NCBI GenBank assembly: GCA_964602985.1
Contig: CAZRTJ010000005.1
Span: forward strand, 73,198 to 137,197
DNA length: 64,000 nucleotides
Direction of reading: 5' to 3'
Source: an uncultured Bacteroidota bacterium
GTDB taxonomy: Bacteria > CLD3 > SB21
The position numbers and the translations under genes are program-made. The notes under the pieces were generated by a model. The model was not told the origin of the DNA, made no database searches, and saw only the letters and a list, made by a program, of their open reading frames with translations. This document shows, piece by piece, positions 48,104 to 57,079 of this stretch. The first letter of the stretch is position 1; the number at the start of each line of letters is the position of its first letter.

Positions 48104-48217
48104 GGGGTGTGGGGTCCGAGCACATCACGGGTCTCCTGGCGGTTTGTCAAGAAATGAGAAGGAAGCAAGAGGCCCTACCCGACGACACGATTTGGGCTAA
48201 TCTGAAGTACATCGGGT

Positions 48218-48985
48218 ATGGCTCATAAGAAACAACCCAGTCGTGCCGCTGCTTGGACCATCCGTACACTTGTTGATGCCATGTGCAGAACGGACAAGTT
48301 TATCACTGCGCGAGTCGGCATGGCTGTCAACGTTGGTATTACGATTCGAAACTGGATCACTGGATTCTACATTTATGAGTACGAACAACGAGGAACCGAT
48401 CGCGCCAGATACGGAGAGCGCCTCCTTGACGTTCTCTCTGAAAAACTCTCCAGCGCAGGCATTCAGGGAACAGCTTCTCGGACATTGCGGTTGTGCCGAC
48501 AGTTCTACACTGCCTACCAACAAATTCAGCAGACGCTGACTGCCAAATCGGAATGGTTGGCTTCTTCCGATAGAATTTGGCAGACGCTGTCTGCCAAATC
48601 AGACAATACGTCGAACAAAACGATTGGGTGGACGGCATCCACCCAATTCAAAATACCCGAAGCGAAACTCCTTGAGCGACTTTCCTTTTCCCATTTTGCC
48701 GAGCTTATCGAAATTGACGATCCTCTCAAACGCTGCTTCTACGAAATCGAATGTACCCGCGACAACTGGTCGGTGCGTGAACTGAAACGCCAGATCGGAA
48801 CTCTCTACTACGAGCGCCCCGGATTGTCAAAGAACAAGAGGAAACTTGCGGAGCTCGTGCGAAAAGGAGACCGCCGAGCCGAAGCTCCGCTGCAACAACA
48901 AAACCTTTTGATTTCGACCGGGCCTCTGACTATCTTGTCCGGTCGCGCTAACGCGACCTGTCCGTTGAATTCTCACTTTCTTTGA
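48218..48985 (+). pseudogene. Truncated DUF1016 (YhcG-like PDDEXK nuclease) remnant; N-terminal region only, with an internal 21-bp duplication
   Basis: GFYIYEYEQRG, RTLRLCRQFY and WSVRELKRQ match the YhcG N-terminal half. The nuclease domain is missing. Local GC is clearly lower than the flanks. Confidence 0.5.
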
Positions 48986-49027
48986 CTGTCTGCAATCGGT
49001 GTAACTCCGTAACACGAGCGTTTAACC

Positions 49028-49270
49028 ATGCCGGTCAAAAGTTATCTTCTTCAACCCGTCCGTGGAATGGACGATGAACTCAAATCAGCGCTAAGCCCCT
49101 TGGGCGGGTGCGAACTGATCGAGACCACCCGTCCAGACCTTTACGTTTTGCTCACCGACACTTCCTCCCGCGAAGAAGAAAAAAAACTGGAAACTGCGTT
49201 GGAGACGCTCCCGGGAGTCGCGTGTCTGAGCCTGGTGTCCGCCTACGATGACAGGGAGATTGAAATATGA
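49028..49270 (+). CDS. napD: NapD-like chaperone for periplasmic nitrate reductase
   Basis: 80-aa protein directly upstream of, and overlapping by 4 nt, napA. NapD-like pattern (hydrophobic core, acidic tail, conserved V..L.L). Confidence 0.65.
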   Translation: MPVKSYLLQPVRGMDDELKSALSPLGGCELIETTRPDLYVLLTDTSSREEEKKLETALETLPGVACLSLVSAYDDREIEI

Positions 49271-51570
49271 ATCGTCGGGAATTGATCAAAAAGATGGCCA
49301 CGCTGGCCGCCATGACCGCCGCCGCGTCCGTGATTCCGGGCGTCACCTTCGCCCGCAACGTGGACGAATGGACGGAAGATCCCATCGAGTGGAAGAAATC
49401 TCCGTGCCGATTTTGCGGCGTCGGATGCGGCATCCTCATCGGTCTGTCCAATGGCAAAGCCGTCGCCGTCAAAGGCGATCCCAACAGTCCGGTGAATAAA
49501 GGTCTCTGCTGTGTGAAGGGCTATCACTCCGTCATGGCGTTGTACGGCAAGGATCGCCTGACCAAACCCTACATCCGCAAGAACGGACGGCTCGTGCCGG
49601 CCACCATGAAGGAAGCGCTCGACCTGATCGCGGAAAAAATGAAGGAGACGATTTCCAAACACGGCAAGGATTCCGTCGCCGTCTACGGCAGTGGACAGTG
49701 GACGATCCCCGACGGCTATGTCGCGTCAAAGTTCTTCAAAGCCGGCATCGGAACCAACAACGTGGAAGGCAACGCGCGACTGTGCATGGCCAGCGCCGTC
49801 ACGGGCTTCCTCACATCCTTCGGACAGGACGAGCCGATGGGTTGCTATGACGACATCGATCACGCCGACGTATTTGTCCTCTGGGGCAATAACATGGCGG
49901 AAATGCATCCGGTGCTCTTCTCCCGACTGCTGGATCAACGCATGCGGCGCGGCGCCAAAATCATCGACTTTGCCACCCGGACGACCCGCACGAGTATGGC
50001 CGCCGACAAATCGATTCTCTTTCGCCCGCAAACCGATCTTGCCGTCGCGAACGCCATCGCATACGAATGCATCCATAACGGCTGGATCAACGAGCGGTTC
50101 ATCCGTCAGCACACGGTATTCAAGAAAGGCAAGACGAACATCGGATACGGCCTCGAAGATCATTCTAATTTTCAGGACGAACCCAAAGACGCGACGTTCG
50201 ACGAGTACAAGAAATTTCTCGAAGATTACACGCCCGAAAAAGTGGAAAAGATCTCCGGCGTTTCCGCCAACGACATTCGCTACATTGCCCAGATGTACGG
50301 CGACCCGAATAAGAAAATCATGAGCCTGTGGTGCATGGGAATGAACCAGCACACGCGCGGTACGTGGATCAATAACCTCGTGTACAATATTCATCTGCTT
50401 CTCGGAAAAATTTCCACTCCCGGCAACAGTCCCTTCTCTCTGACGGGACAGCCCAGCGCGTGCGGGACCGTGCGCGAAGTCGGCACGCTGACCAATCGCC
50501 TCCCCCACGGTTTTGTGACCAATGAGAAGGATCGCAAACTGGCTTCGGAAATATGGAACGTCCCCGTCGAGAAAATTCCCGACAAGCCGACGTATCACAC
50601 GATGGAGATGTTCCGGGCGCTCGACCGGGGCGACATTCGTTTCATTTGGATCCAGGTGACCAATCCCATGGTCACGTTGCCCAAGCTCACGCGGTATCGC
50701 GAGGGCGCGTTGAAGGAAGATCGGTTCGTGGTCGTCTCCGATGTGTATCCTACGCCGACGACGGATGTGGCCGACGTGATTCTGCCGTCCGCCATGTGGA
50801 TCGAACGCGAAGGCATGTTTGGCAACTCCGAACGGCGCACCCAGCACTTCGAGAAAATGCTCACGCCGCCGGGTGAGGCGATGAGCGACACTTGGCAGTT
50901 GATCGAGGTCGCCCGGCGAATGGGATATGAAAAACTCTTCCCGTGGAAGGAAGAAAACCACATTGAAGAAATTTGGAAAGAATACACACGTTTCCACCAC
51001 GGGCCGGATCATGAAATGGCGACCTATGAAAATCTCAAAGCCAATCCCGGAGTGATGTGGCCTTGTCCGGACGGCAAAGAAACCAAGTGGCGCTACCACG
51101 CCAAAACGGATCCCGCCGCCAAAGGCGACTCGTTCGACTTCTACGGCAAGCCCGATGGCAAAGCGTGGATATGGATCCGCCCGTACGAACCGGTGCCGGA
51201 AGCGCCCGACGACGAATACCCGTTCTGGCTCAATACGGGACGTGTGCTGGAACATTGGCATACGGGCTCTCTGACACGCCGCGTGTCGGTATTGCACAAA
51301 GCAGTCCCGTCATCGTACGTCGAACTGCATCCGGAGGATGCACGCGAACTCGGAATCAAGAACGGCGATCGGGTGCGTCTGATCTCGCGACGCGGAAAGA
51401 TCGTGATGTCCGCCTCCATCAATGAGCGCGGCGTGCCGCCACGCGGACAGGTCTTTGTACCATTCTTTGACGAAGGCTATCTGATCAATGAACTGACGCT
51501 GGACGCATTCTGCCCGATCTCGGGACAGCCGGATTACAAAAAATGCGCGGTGAGAGTCGAACGCGCATGA
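49267..51570 (+). CDS. napA: Periplasmic nitrate reductase catalytic subunit NapA (monomeric short type)
   Basis: Tat signal NRRELIKK; CRFCGVGCG [4Fe-4S] motif; NARLCMASAVTGF Mo-ligand cysteine region; 767 aa. Confidence 0.92.
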   Translation: MNRRELIKKMATLAAMTAAASVIPGVTFARNVDEWTEDPIEWKKSPCRFCGVGCGILIGLSNGKAVAVKGDPNSPVNKGLCCVKGYHSVMALYGKDRLTKPYIRKNGRLVPATMKEALDLIAEKMKETISKHGKDSVAVYGSGQWTIPDGYVASKFFKAGIGTNNVEGNARLCMASAVTGFLTSFGQDEPMGCYDDIDHADVFVLWGNNMAEMHPVLFSRLLDQRMRRGAKIIDFATRTTRTSMAADKSILFRPQTDLAVANAIAYECIHNGWINERFIRQHTVFKKGKTNIGYGLEDHSNFQDEPKDATFDEYKKFLEDYTPEKVEKISGVSANDIRYIAQMYGDPNKKIMSLWCMGMNQHTRGTWINNLVYNIHLLLGKISTPGNSPFSLTGQPSACGTVREVGTLTNRLPHGFVTNEKDRKLASEIWNVPVEKIPDKPTYHTMEMFRALDRGDIRFIWIQVTNPMVTLPKLTRYREGALKEDRFVVVSDVYPTPTTDVADVILPSAMWIEREGMFGNSERRTQHFEKMLTPPGEAMSDTWQLIEVARRMGYEKLFPWKEENHIEEIWKEYTRFHHGPDHEMATYENLKANPGVMWPCPDGKETKWRYHAKTDPAAKGDSFDFYGKPDGKAWIWIRPYEPVPEAPDDEYPFWLNTGRVLEHWHTGSLTRRVSVLHKAVPSSYVELHPEDARELGIKNGDRVRLISRRGKIVMSASINERGVPPRGQVFVPFFDEGYLINELTLDAFCPISGQPDYKKCAVRVERA

Positions 51571-52247
51571 AGGACGTACTCAAACATCGCAAGGTTTTCA
51601 TCTTTCTCGTCATCCTGCTGATGGCTTCGGTGATCTACGTGTTCGGCGAAAGTCTGTCCGGCGAAGACATCACGGCTGTCGGGTCCGAAACGAGATGGGT
51701 GTCGGGTCCCACGTTGCCGCGCGAAGCAGGGGTATTCCGACGCGCCGCCGATGCACTGATTTACCTCGGCCTGATTAACGAAAGCGGCAAGCGAACGATG
51801 CGGACGTACTACGAACGCCGCGCCTACGACGGCGCGCCGCCGATGATCCCGCATGTGGTGGACGACGAACGCGCCTTCGGCGGCAAAGTCTGCCTGACCT
51901 GTCATGAAAACGGCGGCTACGTGCCCAAATACCAGGAGTATGCTCCTGTCGTTCCGCATCCGGAATTGATCAACTGCCGCCAATGTCACGTTCCCGCCAA
52001 AACGAATTCGCTCTTCCGCGCGTCCGACTTCAAACCGGCCGGCGTTCCCGCACTCAAACAGCGCGCGTTGTCGACAAGTCCGCTCCTCATTCCGCATCAA
52101 CTTCACATGCGCGAAAATTGTCTCGCCTGTCATGCCGGACCGGGTGCGCCCCAGGAAATTCGCACCACGCATCCCGAGCGTTCGAATTGTCGGCAATGCC
52201 ACATGGTTCAGCAACCCATGGAAACTTTTTCGAGGCCGGTTCAATAA
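51567..52247 (+). CDS. napB: Membrane-anchored tetrahaem cytochrome made of two tandem NapB-like dihaem modules
   Basis: N-terminal TM helix, then two repeats of the NapB signature: APPMIPH...CLTCH...CRQCHVP and SPLLIPH...CLACH...CRQCHMV. ATGA overlap with the napA stop. Confidence 0.75.
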   Translation: MKDVLKHRKVFIFLVILLMASVIYVFGESLSGEDITAVGSETRWVSGPTLPREAGVFRRAADALIYLGLINESGKRTMRTYYERRAYDGAPPMIPHVVDDERAFGGKVCLTCHENGGYVPKYQEYAPVVPHPELINCRQCHVPAKTNSLFRASDFKPAGVPALKQRALSTSPLLIPHQLHMRENCLACHAGPGAPQEIRTTHPERSNCRQCHMVQQPMETFSRPVQ

Positions 52248-52248
52248 T

Positions 52249-52860
52249 ATGCCACGACCCGACCGTATCCGATGGCTATTCGCCGCGATGTTGTGCGTCT
52301 GGATCAGCGCGTGTTCCAAGCATGAAACGCATGGCCTGGCCGCGATGCTGGACGAGGCGCCGCCGCCCGATTCCGCAACCTCCGCCGCCCAGCCCTCCCT
52401 GGGAGAATGGCCCGCACTGACGGCAGTTCAGGCCGATCTGGAAACGTACGTGGTCTCGCGCACTCCGCGCCTAACGAAATATCCGTGTACGAACTGCCAC
52501 ACGAAGCCGCTGAAGGAGATGAAATCCGTGGAAGTCCGCAAAGCGCATTGGGACATTACTTTACAGCACGCCGCCGAAAACATCATGACCTGTCTCACCT
52601 GTCATACGGAAACGAACCTGGACACCCTGCACAACCTGACGAATCAAACGCTGTCGTTTAACACCAGCCACGAGGTGTGTGGGCAATGTCATTTCACGCA
52701 GCTGCGTGATTGGAAAGGCGGCGCGCATGGCAAACGCGCCGGCGGCTGGGTTCTACCGCGCGTGCTGACGTTGTGCGTGGAGTGCCACAACCCGCATCGT
52801 CCGGCCTTCGACAGCCGGTGGCCCGCCATCCGCAGTAATCTGATGGAGAGGCTCCGATGA
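52249..52860 (+). CDS. Tetrahaem c-type cytochrome lipoprotein (NapM/c3-like)
   Basis: Lipobox WISAC; CTNCH, CLTCH, CGQCH, CVECH. It begins 2 nt after the previous stop. Confidence 0.75.
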   Translation: MPRPDRIRWLFAAMLCVWISACSKHETHGLAAMLDEAPPPDSATSAAQPSLGEWPALTAVQADLETYVVSRTPRLTKYPCTNCHTKPLKEMKSVEVRKAHWDITLQHAAENIMTCLTCHTETNLDTLHNLTNQTLSFNTSHEVCGQCHFTQLRDWKGGAHGKRAGGWVLPRVLTLCVECHNPHRPAFDSRWPAIRSNLMERLR

Positions 52861-53960
52861 AACGCCCTGCGGACAATTCCGGACTGCAATCCATGCTTGC
52901 GGAAAATGCACTCGGCTGGTTTCTCCAGAGAGACGTCGAAGATCGCTATCTGCAGGATTCGTGGCAGCAGGTTCGATTTTGGAATCAGACGCACGATACG
53001 ACCCCCCGTGCTCCCGCCGTCACCGTCGCCGAACTGTCCATGCAGGAAGGCATGTCTCGTCGCGACGCGATGAAAGCGATGACGGGCACTCTGCTCGCGG
53101 GCATGGCGCTGTTTCAGACGGCGTGCAATCCGTTCGCCGATCCGCTCGAACGCGAAAAGGCCAGCCTCGCGTGGGACGAATATTTCCAAAAGAACTTTCG
53201 CAAAATGTCCGAAGGCGAAAGAGAAGAAACCGTCCGACGGCTGGAACGCCAATACGAATTGCAATCCGGTCAACGTGTGCGGATTTCCCGAAGAGAGGCC
53301 ATTCCGGGCGTCCTGTTCGGATATGCGTTTAACATCTCCAAGTGCCGCGGATATCTCGAGTGCATTCGCGGCTGTCTGAAAGAAAACAATCAGGACCGTA
53401 AATCCGGGATGCAGTACATCTCCATTCACGAACACAAAAGAGGTCAAATCAATTTTTCCAACGCACCCGACGACTGGTTCCACGAGGTTCCCTCCGAAGA
53501 TCACTTCTACATAGGCACGCAGTGTTTTCATTGTGAAAATCCGCCTTGTACGGATGTGTGCCCCGTCCAGGCCACGTGGAAAGAACGAGACGGCATTGTC
53601 GTCGTGGACTACAACTGGTGCATTGGATGTCGCTATTGCGAAGCGGCGTGTCCGTACGACGCCCGGCGATTCAACTGGGCCGACCCGGTCGTCCCAGACT
53701 CGGAACTCAACCGCGAGCAGCATTATCTCGGCAATCGCCTGCGCAAGAAAGGCGTGATGGAAAAATGCACATTCTGCATTCAGCGCACGCGCGCGGGCAA
53801 GAATCCGGCCTGCGTCGAAGCCTGTCCGACCGGCGCGAGGATTTTCGGCAATCTGCTCGACCCGGATTCCGAAATTCGATGGGTCCTGAAGAATAAAAAA
53901 GTCTTCCGTCTCAAAGAAGAACTGGGCACCGAGCCCAAGTTTTGGTACTTCATGGATTGA
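52857..53960 (+). CDS. Tat-exported four-cluster [4Fe-4S] ferredoxin subunit (NrfC/PsrB/DmsB family)
   Basis: SRRDAMKAMTGTLLAG Tat motif at residues ~66-80, and four Cys clusters including CxxCxxCxxxCP. ATGA-coupled to the upstream gene. The alternative start at 53040 gives a normal-length Tat peptide. Confidence 0.8.
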   Translation: MKRPADNSGLQSMLAENALGWFLQRDVEDRYLQDSWQQVRFWNQTHDTTPRAPAVTVAELSMQEGMSRRDAMKAMTGTLLAGMALFQTACNPFADPLEREKASLAWDEYFQKNFRKMSEGEREETVRRLERQYELQSGQRVRISRREAIPGVLFGYAFNISKCRGYLECIRGCLKENNQDRKSGMQYISIHEHKRGQINFSNAPDDWFHEVPSEDHFYIGTQCFHCENPPCTDVCPVQATWKERDGIVVVDYNWCIGCRYCEAACPYDARRFNWADPVVPDSELNREQHYLGNRLRKKGVMEKCTFCIQRTRAGKNPACVEACPTGARIFGNLLDPDSEIRWVLKNKKVFRLKEELGTEPKFWYFMD

Positions 53961-54056
53961 CATGTTGCGTTACAAAAACACATACAAGATTTCGTACAGT
54001 GATGAGAACGCAGTCAACCCCCGAAGTTTTCAGGTTTGATCTTAAAAAGCGTGGAA

Positions 54057-54070
54057 TTGATTTGAGTCAA
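54057..54070 (+). promoter_or_regulatory. FNR/CRP-family-like box TTGAT-N4-GTCAA in the intergenic gap inside the nap locus
   Basis: TTGATTTGAGTCAA matches TTGAT-N4-(A/G)TCAA in 9 of 10 positions, ~340 nt upstream of the NrfD-like gene. Confidence 0.25.
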
Positions 54071-54105
54071 TGACAGTTGGTCGAATGAAAGAGATTTCCT
54101 TTCTG

Positions 54106-54132
54106 TTCTTTCTTTTGACGCAAAAGAAAGAA
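54106..54132 (+). other. Perfect 12-bp AT-rich palindrome (TTCTTTCTTTTG-acg-CAAAAGAAAGAA)
   Basis: Seen directly. No U-tract follows, so it is not a canonical terminator. It sits in a 450-nt lower-GC gap. Confidence 0.4.
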
Positions 54133-54412
54133 CCAAAGAAAACAGCGGCTGTGGAAAAAACGCCGGAATCGGAGTTCGCTTATGGAGGCGGAAAACAAGT
54201 TCCTAATGTGGACGTGACGAGTTGCTTTCATACCTGTTCCACGTTTTCCGCATCATGGAGCGCGAACTCCGGTTCTGTTTCGGCGTTTTTTCCAAGGCCG
54301 CCAAGTAGGCTGCGTCCTGCGAGAAAGTTTGATAACAAATGGACGGCGGTTGCCGGGATGAGATCCAAGGCAGACATTCGAAACAGGAACAACGTAGGGA
54401 GAACGGAACTTC

Positions 54413-55699
54413 ATGGCTGATCTCTTTCCCAACGGCGAAGCGGGCAAATTGCGCGAGGAACTGCGGTGGTCCCTCATTCGCTCCTTTCTGCGGGACGGTC
54501 TGGATTCCGTGACGCGCGGTACGCGGCCCTATCATATTTGGATGGGCACGCTGACGTTCTTGATGCTGCTCGGTGCGTACTCGTATTCGATTCAGTTGCA
54601 GGAAGGACTGGTCGTGACCGGGTTGCACGATCGGGTGAGCTGGGGTTTCTATATTTCCAATTTTACTTTTCTCGTCGGCGTCGCGGCCGCCGCGGTCATG
54701 CTGGTGTTACCGACGTACGTGTTGAAGGACATTGATTTCAGCAAAGCCGTGCTGATCGGAGAAGGCGTCGCGGTATCGGCGCTGTTCATGTGTCTGGCGT
54801 TTGTCACCGTCGACATGGGCGGACCGGCTCGCATCTGGCACATGATCCCATTGATCGGCGTGTTTAACTGGCCAAGTTCGATGCTCACATGGGACGTCCT
54901 GGTGCTGAATGGCTACCTGTTTATGAATCTGACGATTCCGTTTTACATTTTACTCTGTCATTATCAGGGGAAGAAACCAAACAAGAAGATCTACGTGCCC
55001 GGCGTTCTCATATCGGTATTCTGGGCATTTGGCATTCACCTGGTCACGGCGTTTTTGTATGCCGGTCTGCCCGCGCGGCCGTTTTGGAATTCGTCCCTGC
55101 TCGGCCCTCGATTCCTTGCTTCCGCCTTTGCCGGCGGTCCGGCATTGATCATTATCGCACTGATGGCGATCCGCCGATTCACGAAATACGCGATCGACAA
55201 CGTCACGCTCGACAAGATCGCCATGGTCGTGACCGTCGCGGCGCAAATCAATCTGATCATGCTGGGATCGGAGTTGTTCAAAGAATTCTACAGGCCGACG
55301 CACCACAGCGAGAGCGCCGTGTATTTGTTCTTCGGCATCGGAGAATTCAACTCGCTGGTCCCATGGATTTGGACGGCCATTTCACTGAATGTCCTGGCCT
55401 CACTCACGCTCACCTATCATCCGTTCCGTCGGAATCACCGCATCCTGAAATACGCATGCGGCGGATTATTTCTCAGCATCTGGATCGAAAAGGGCCTTGG
55501 TTTGATCATTCCGGGATTCATTCCCAATCCCTGGGGCAAGATAACCGAATACACACCGACCCTGGTTGAGATCGGCGTCGCCGTCGGTATCTGGGCGATG
55601 GGATTGTTCATCTTTTCGACGCTCGTCAAGATCGCGCTCCCAATCGAAGAGGGCAGTGTGCGATTTTCCCCTCCCTCCGTACCGCAGAGGAACAGCTAG
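54413..55699 (+). CDS. NrfD/PsrC-family integral membrane quinol-interacting subunit
   Basis: 8-10 TM helices with NrfD-like motifs (WGFYISNFTFLVG); no Cys clusters, so not NapH. Confidence 0.8.
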   Translation: MADLFPNGEAGKLREELRWSLIRSFLRDGLDSVTRGTRPYHIWMGTLTFLMLLGAYSYSIQLQEGLVVTGLHDRVSWGFYISNFTFLVGVAAAAVMLVLPTYVLKDIDFSKAVLIGEGVAVSALFMCLAFVTVDMGGPARIWHMIPLIGVFNWPSSMLTWDVLVLNGYLFMNLTIPFYILLCHYQGKKPNKKIYVPGVLISVFWAFGIHLVTAFLYAGLPARPFWNSSLLGPRFLASAFAGGPALIIIALMAIRRFTKYAIDNVTLDKIAMVVTVAAQINLIMLGSELFKEFYRPTHHSESAVYLFFGIGEFNSLVPWIWTAISLNVLASLTLTYHPFRRNHRILKYACGGLFLSIWIEKGLGLIIPGFIPNPWGKITEYTPTLVEIGVAVGIWAMGLFIFSTLVKIALPIEEGSVRFSPPSVPQRNS

Positions 55700-55797
55700 G
55701 ACGATTTCTTTCACCCGCTGTTGACAGAAAAAACGACAGTCATAGCTAGGAATAGGGGCCCGGAAAGGGCATGGACGTGATGAAAGTCTACCGATTC

Positions 55798-55924
55798 CTC
55801 AAGGCTTTAGCCTTGAGATAGACAAGAGAAACGGACGCCCCACTCGGCGGAATAAATCGATTTGGGCTAAAGCCCGAATTGCATTACCTCCGACAAGGCA
55901 TTCCTCAGGCTGAAGCCTGAGGAA
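55798..55924. other. Three hairpins in a convergent intergenic region sharing a GGCTnnAGCC-like core
   Basis: CTCAAGGCTTTAGCCTTGAG (55798-55817), TTTGGGCTAAAGCCCGAA (55861-55878), TTCCTCAGGCTGAAGCCTGAGGAA (55901-55924). Probably terminators for the NrfD-like gene (+) and the HD-GYP gene (-). Confidence 0.45.
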
Positions 55925-55952
55925 ATGATGCGGAACAAGAATGACGAAAAAA

Positions 55953-57005
55953 TTAGTTCGCGGCTACCAGAGCGGCCTTATCGGAATACCGTTTGTAAAT
56001 TTTCAGAATGTCGGGAATTGCCTCGCGGAAAGCGCCCACAATTGTGGGATCGAAGTCCACACCGGTTCGCTGTTCAATTTCCCTCACCGCCTCCTCCAAA
56101 GTCCATGCATGTTTGTACACCCGCTCCGTCGTGAGCGCGTCGAAAACGTCGCTGACGGAGCAAATCCGCGCAAACAACGGAATTTCCTCCCCGGAGAGTC
56201 CGTTCGGATAACCCGTGCCGTCGTATTTCTCATGATGCGAGAGGGCAATTTCGGCCGCCACCTGGATCAGGCGGGAATTGCTGCCCTGCAGAATCTCGTA
56301 CCCCATGATGGTGTGTTCTTTCATTTCATCATATTCTGATTCCGTAAGGCCGCTTTCCTTCAGCAGGATCTGATCAGGAACGCCGACTTTGCCGATGTCG
56401 TGCATCGGAGCGGCCATCAGAAGCAGTTCCTGTTCCTCTTCGGACAAGGCGAGTTTCGCACCGATGGCCTTGCAGTACAGCGCCATCCGGATGATGTGAG
56501 CGCCGGTTTCCGGACTGCGATATTCCGTCGCTTTGGTCAGACGAAAGATCAATTCCCGCTCGCGCGCGACGAGTTCCCGAGTGGCTTTGCGAACTTCCTC
56601 CGCCAGCCATTCCGCATGATTGGCCAGCGCTTTCTGACTCTTGCGTAATTCCAACAAATTACGAACTCGCGCCATGAGTTCGACATTGTCAATCGGCTTC
56701 GTGAGAAAATCCGTCGCGCCCACCTCCAGCGCTTTGTATCGTACGTCCTTCTCCCCGGCAGCCGTCACCATGACGACGGGGATGTCTTTATAACCGGGCA
56801 GGGTCCGAAAAGCGGTGATGAACTCGATTCCGTCCGGAGTCGGCATCATGTAATCCACCAGCACCAGATCGGGCGGCGTACTCTGGCACCACTCCAGCGC
56901 TTTGGACGAATCGGTATAACAGACGGGCTCGGCCGACACTTTGAGAATCAAGTTACGCAAAATCGTAACGTTGATTTCATTGTCGTCGATGATGAGTACT
57001 TTCAT
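55953..57005 (-). CDS. Response regulator with receiver domain fused to an HD-GYP phosphodiesterase domain
   Basis: MKVLIIDD...DYMMPTPDG receiver, then an HD motif and GYP-type residues (HHEKYDGTGYP). The ORF-track start at 57827 adds 274 aa of GC-rich read-through overlapping the MFS gene, which I reject. Confidence 0.85.
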   Translation of the reverse strand: MKVLIIDDNEINVTILRNLILKVSAEPVCYTDSSKALEWCQSTPPDLVLVDYMMPTPDGIEFITAFRTLPGYKDIPVVMVTAAGEKDVRYKALEVGATDFLTKPIDNVELMARVRNLLELRKSQKALANHAEWLAEEVRKATRELVARERELIFRLTKATEYRSPETGAHIIRMALYCKAIGAKLALSEEEQELLLMAAPMHDIGKVGVPDQILLKESGLTESEYDEMKEHTIMGYEILQGSNSRLIQVAAEIALSHHEKYDGTGYPNGLSGEEIPLFARICSVSDVFDALTTERVYKHAWTLEEAVREIEQRTGVDFDPTIVGAFREAIPDILKIYKRYSDKAALVAAN

Positions 57006-57079
57006 GACATGCGTTCGTGTAGGGACGAGGCAATATACAAATTTTGCCGGGCTTGCAAAACAAAATCTTGGGTGCGGGA

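Noticed and set aside
54070-54420. 116-aa ORF in the nap intergenic gap
   Set aside because: Low-complexity sequence (runs of F/L/K/S), no RBS and no motif. The region is more plausibly regulatory.
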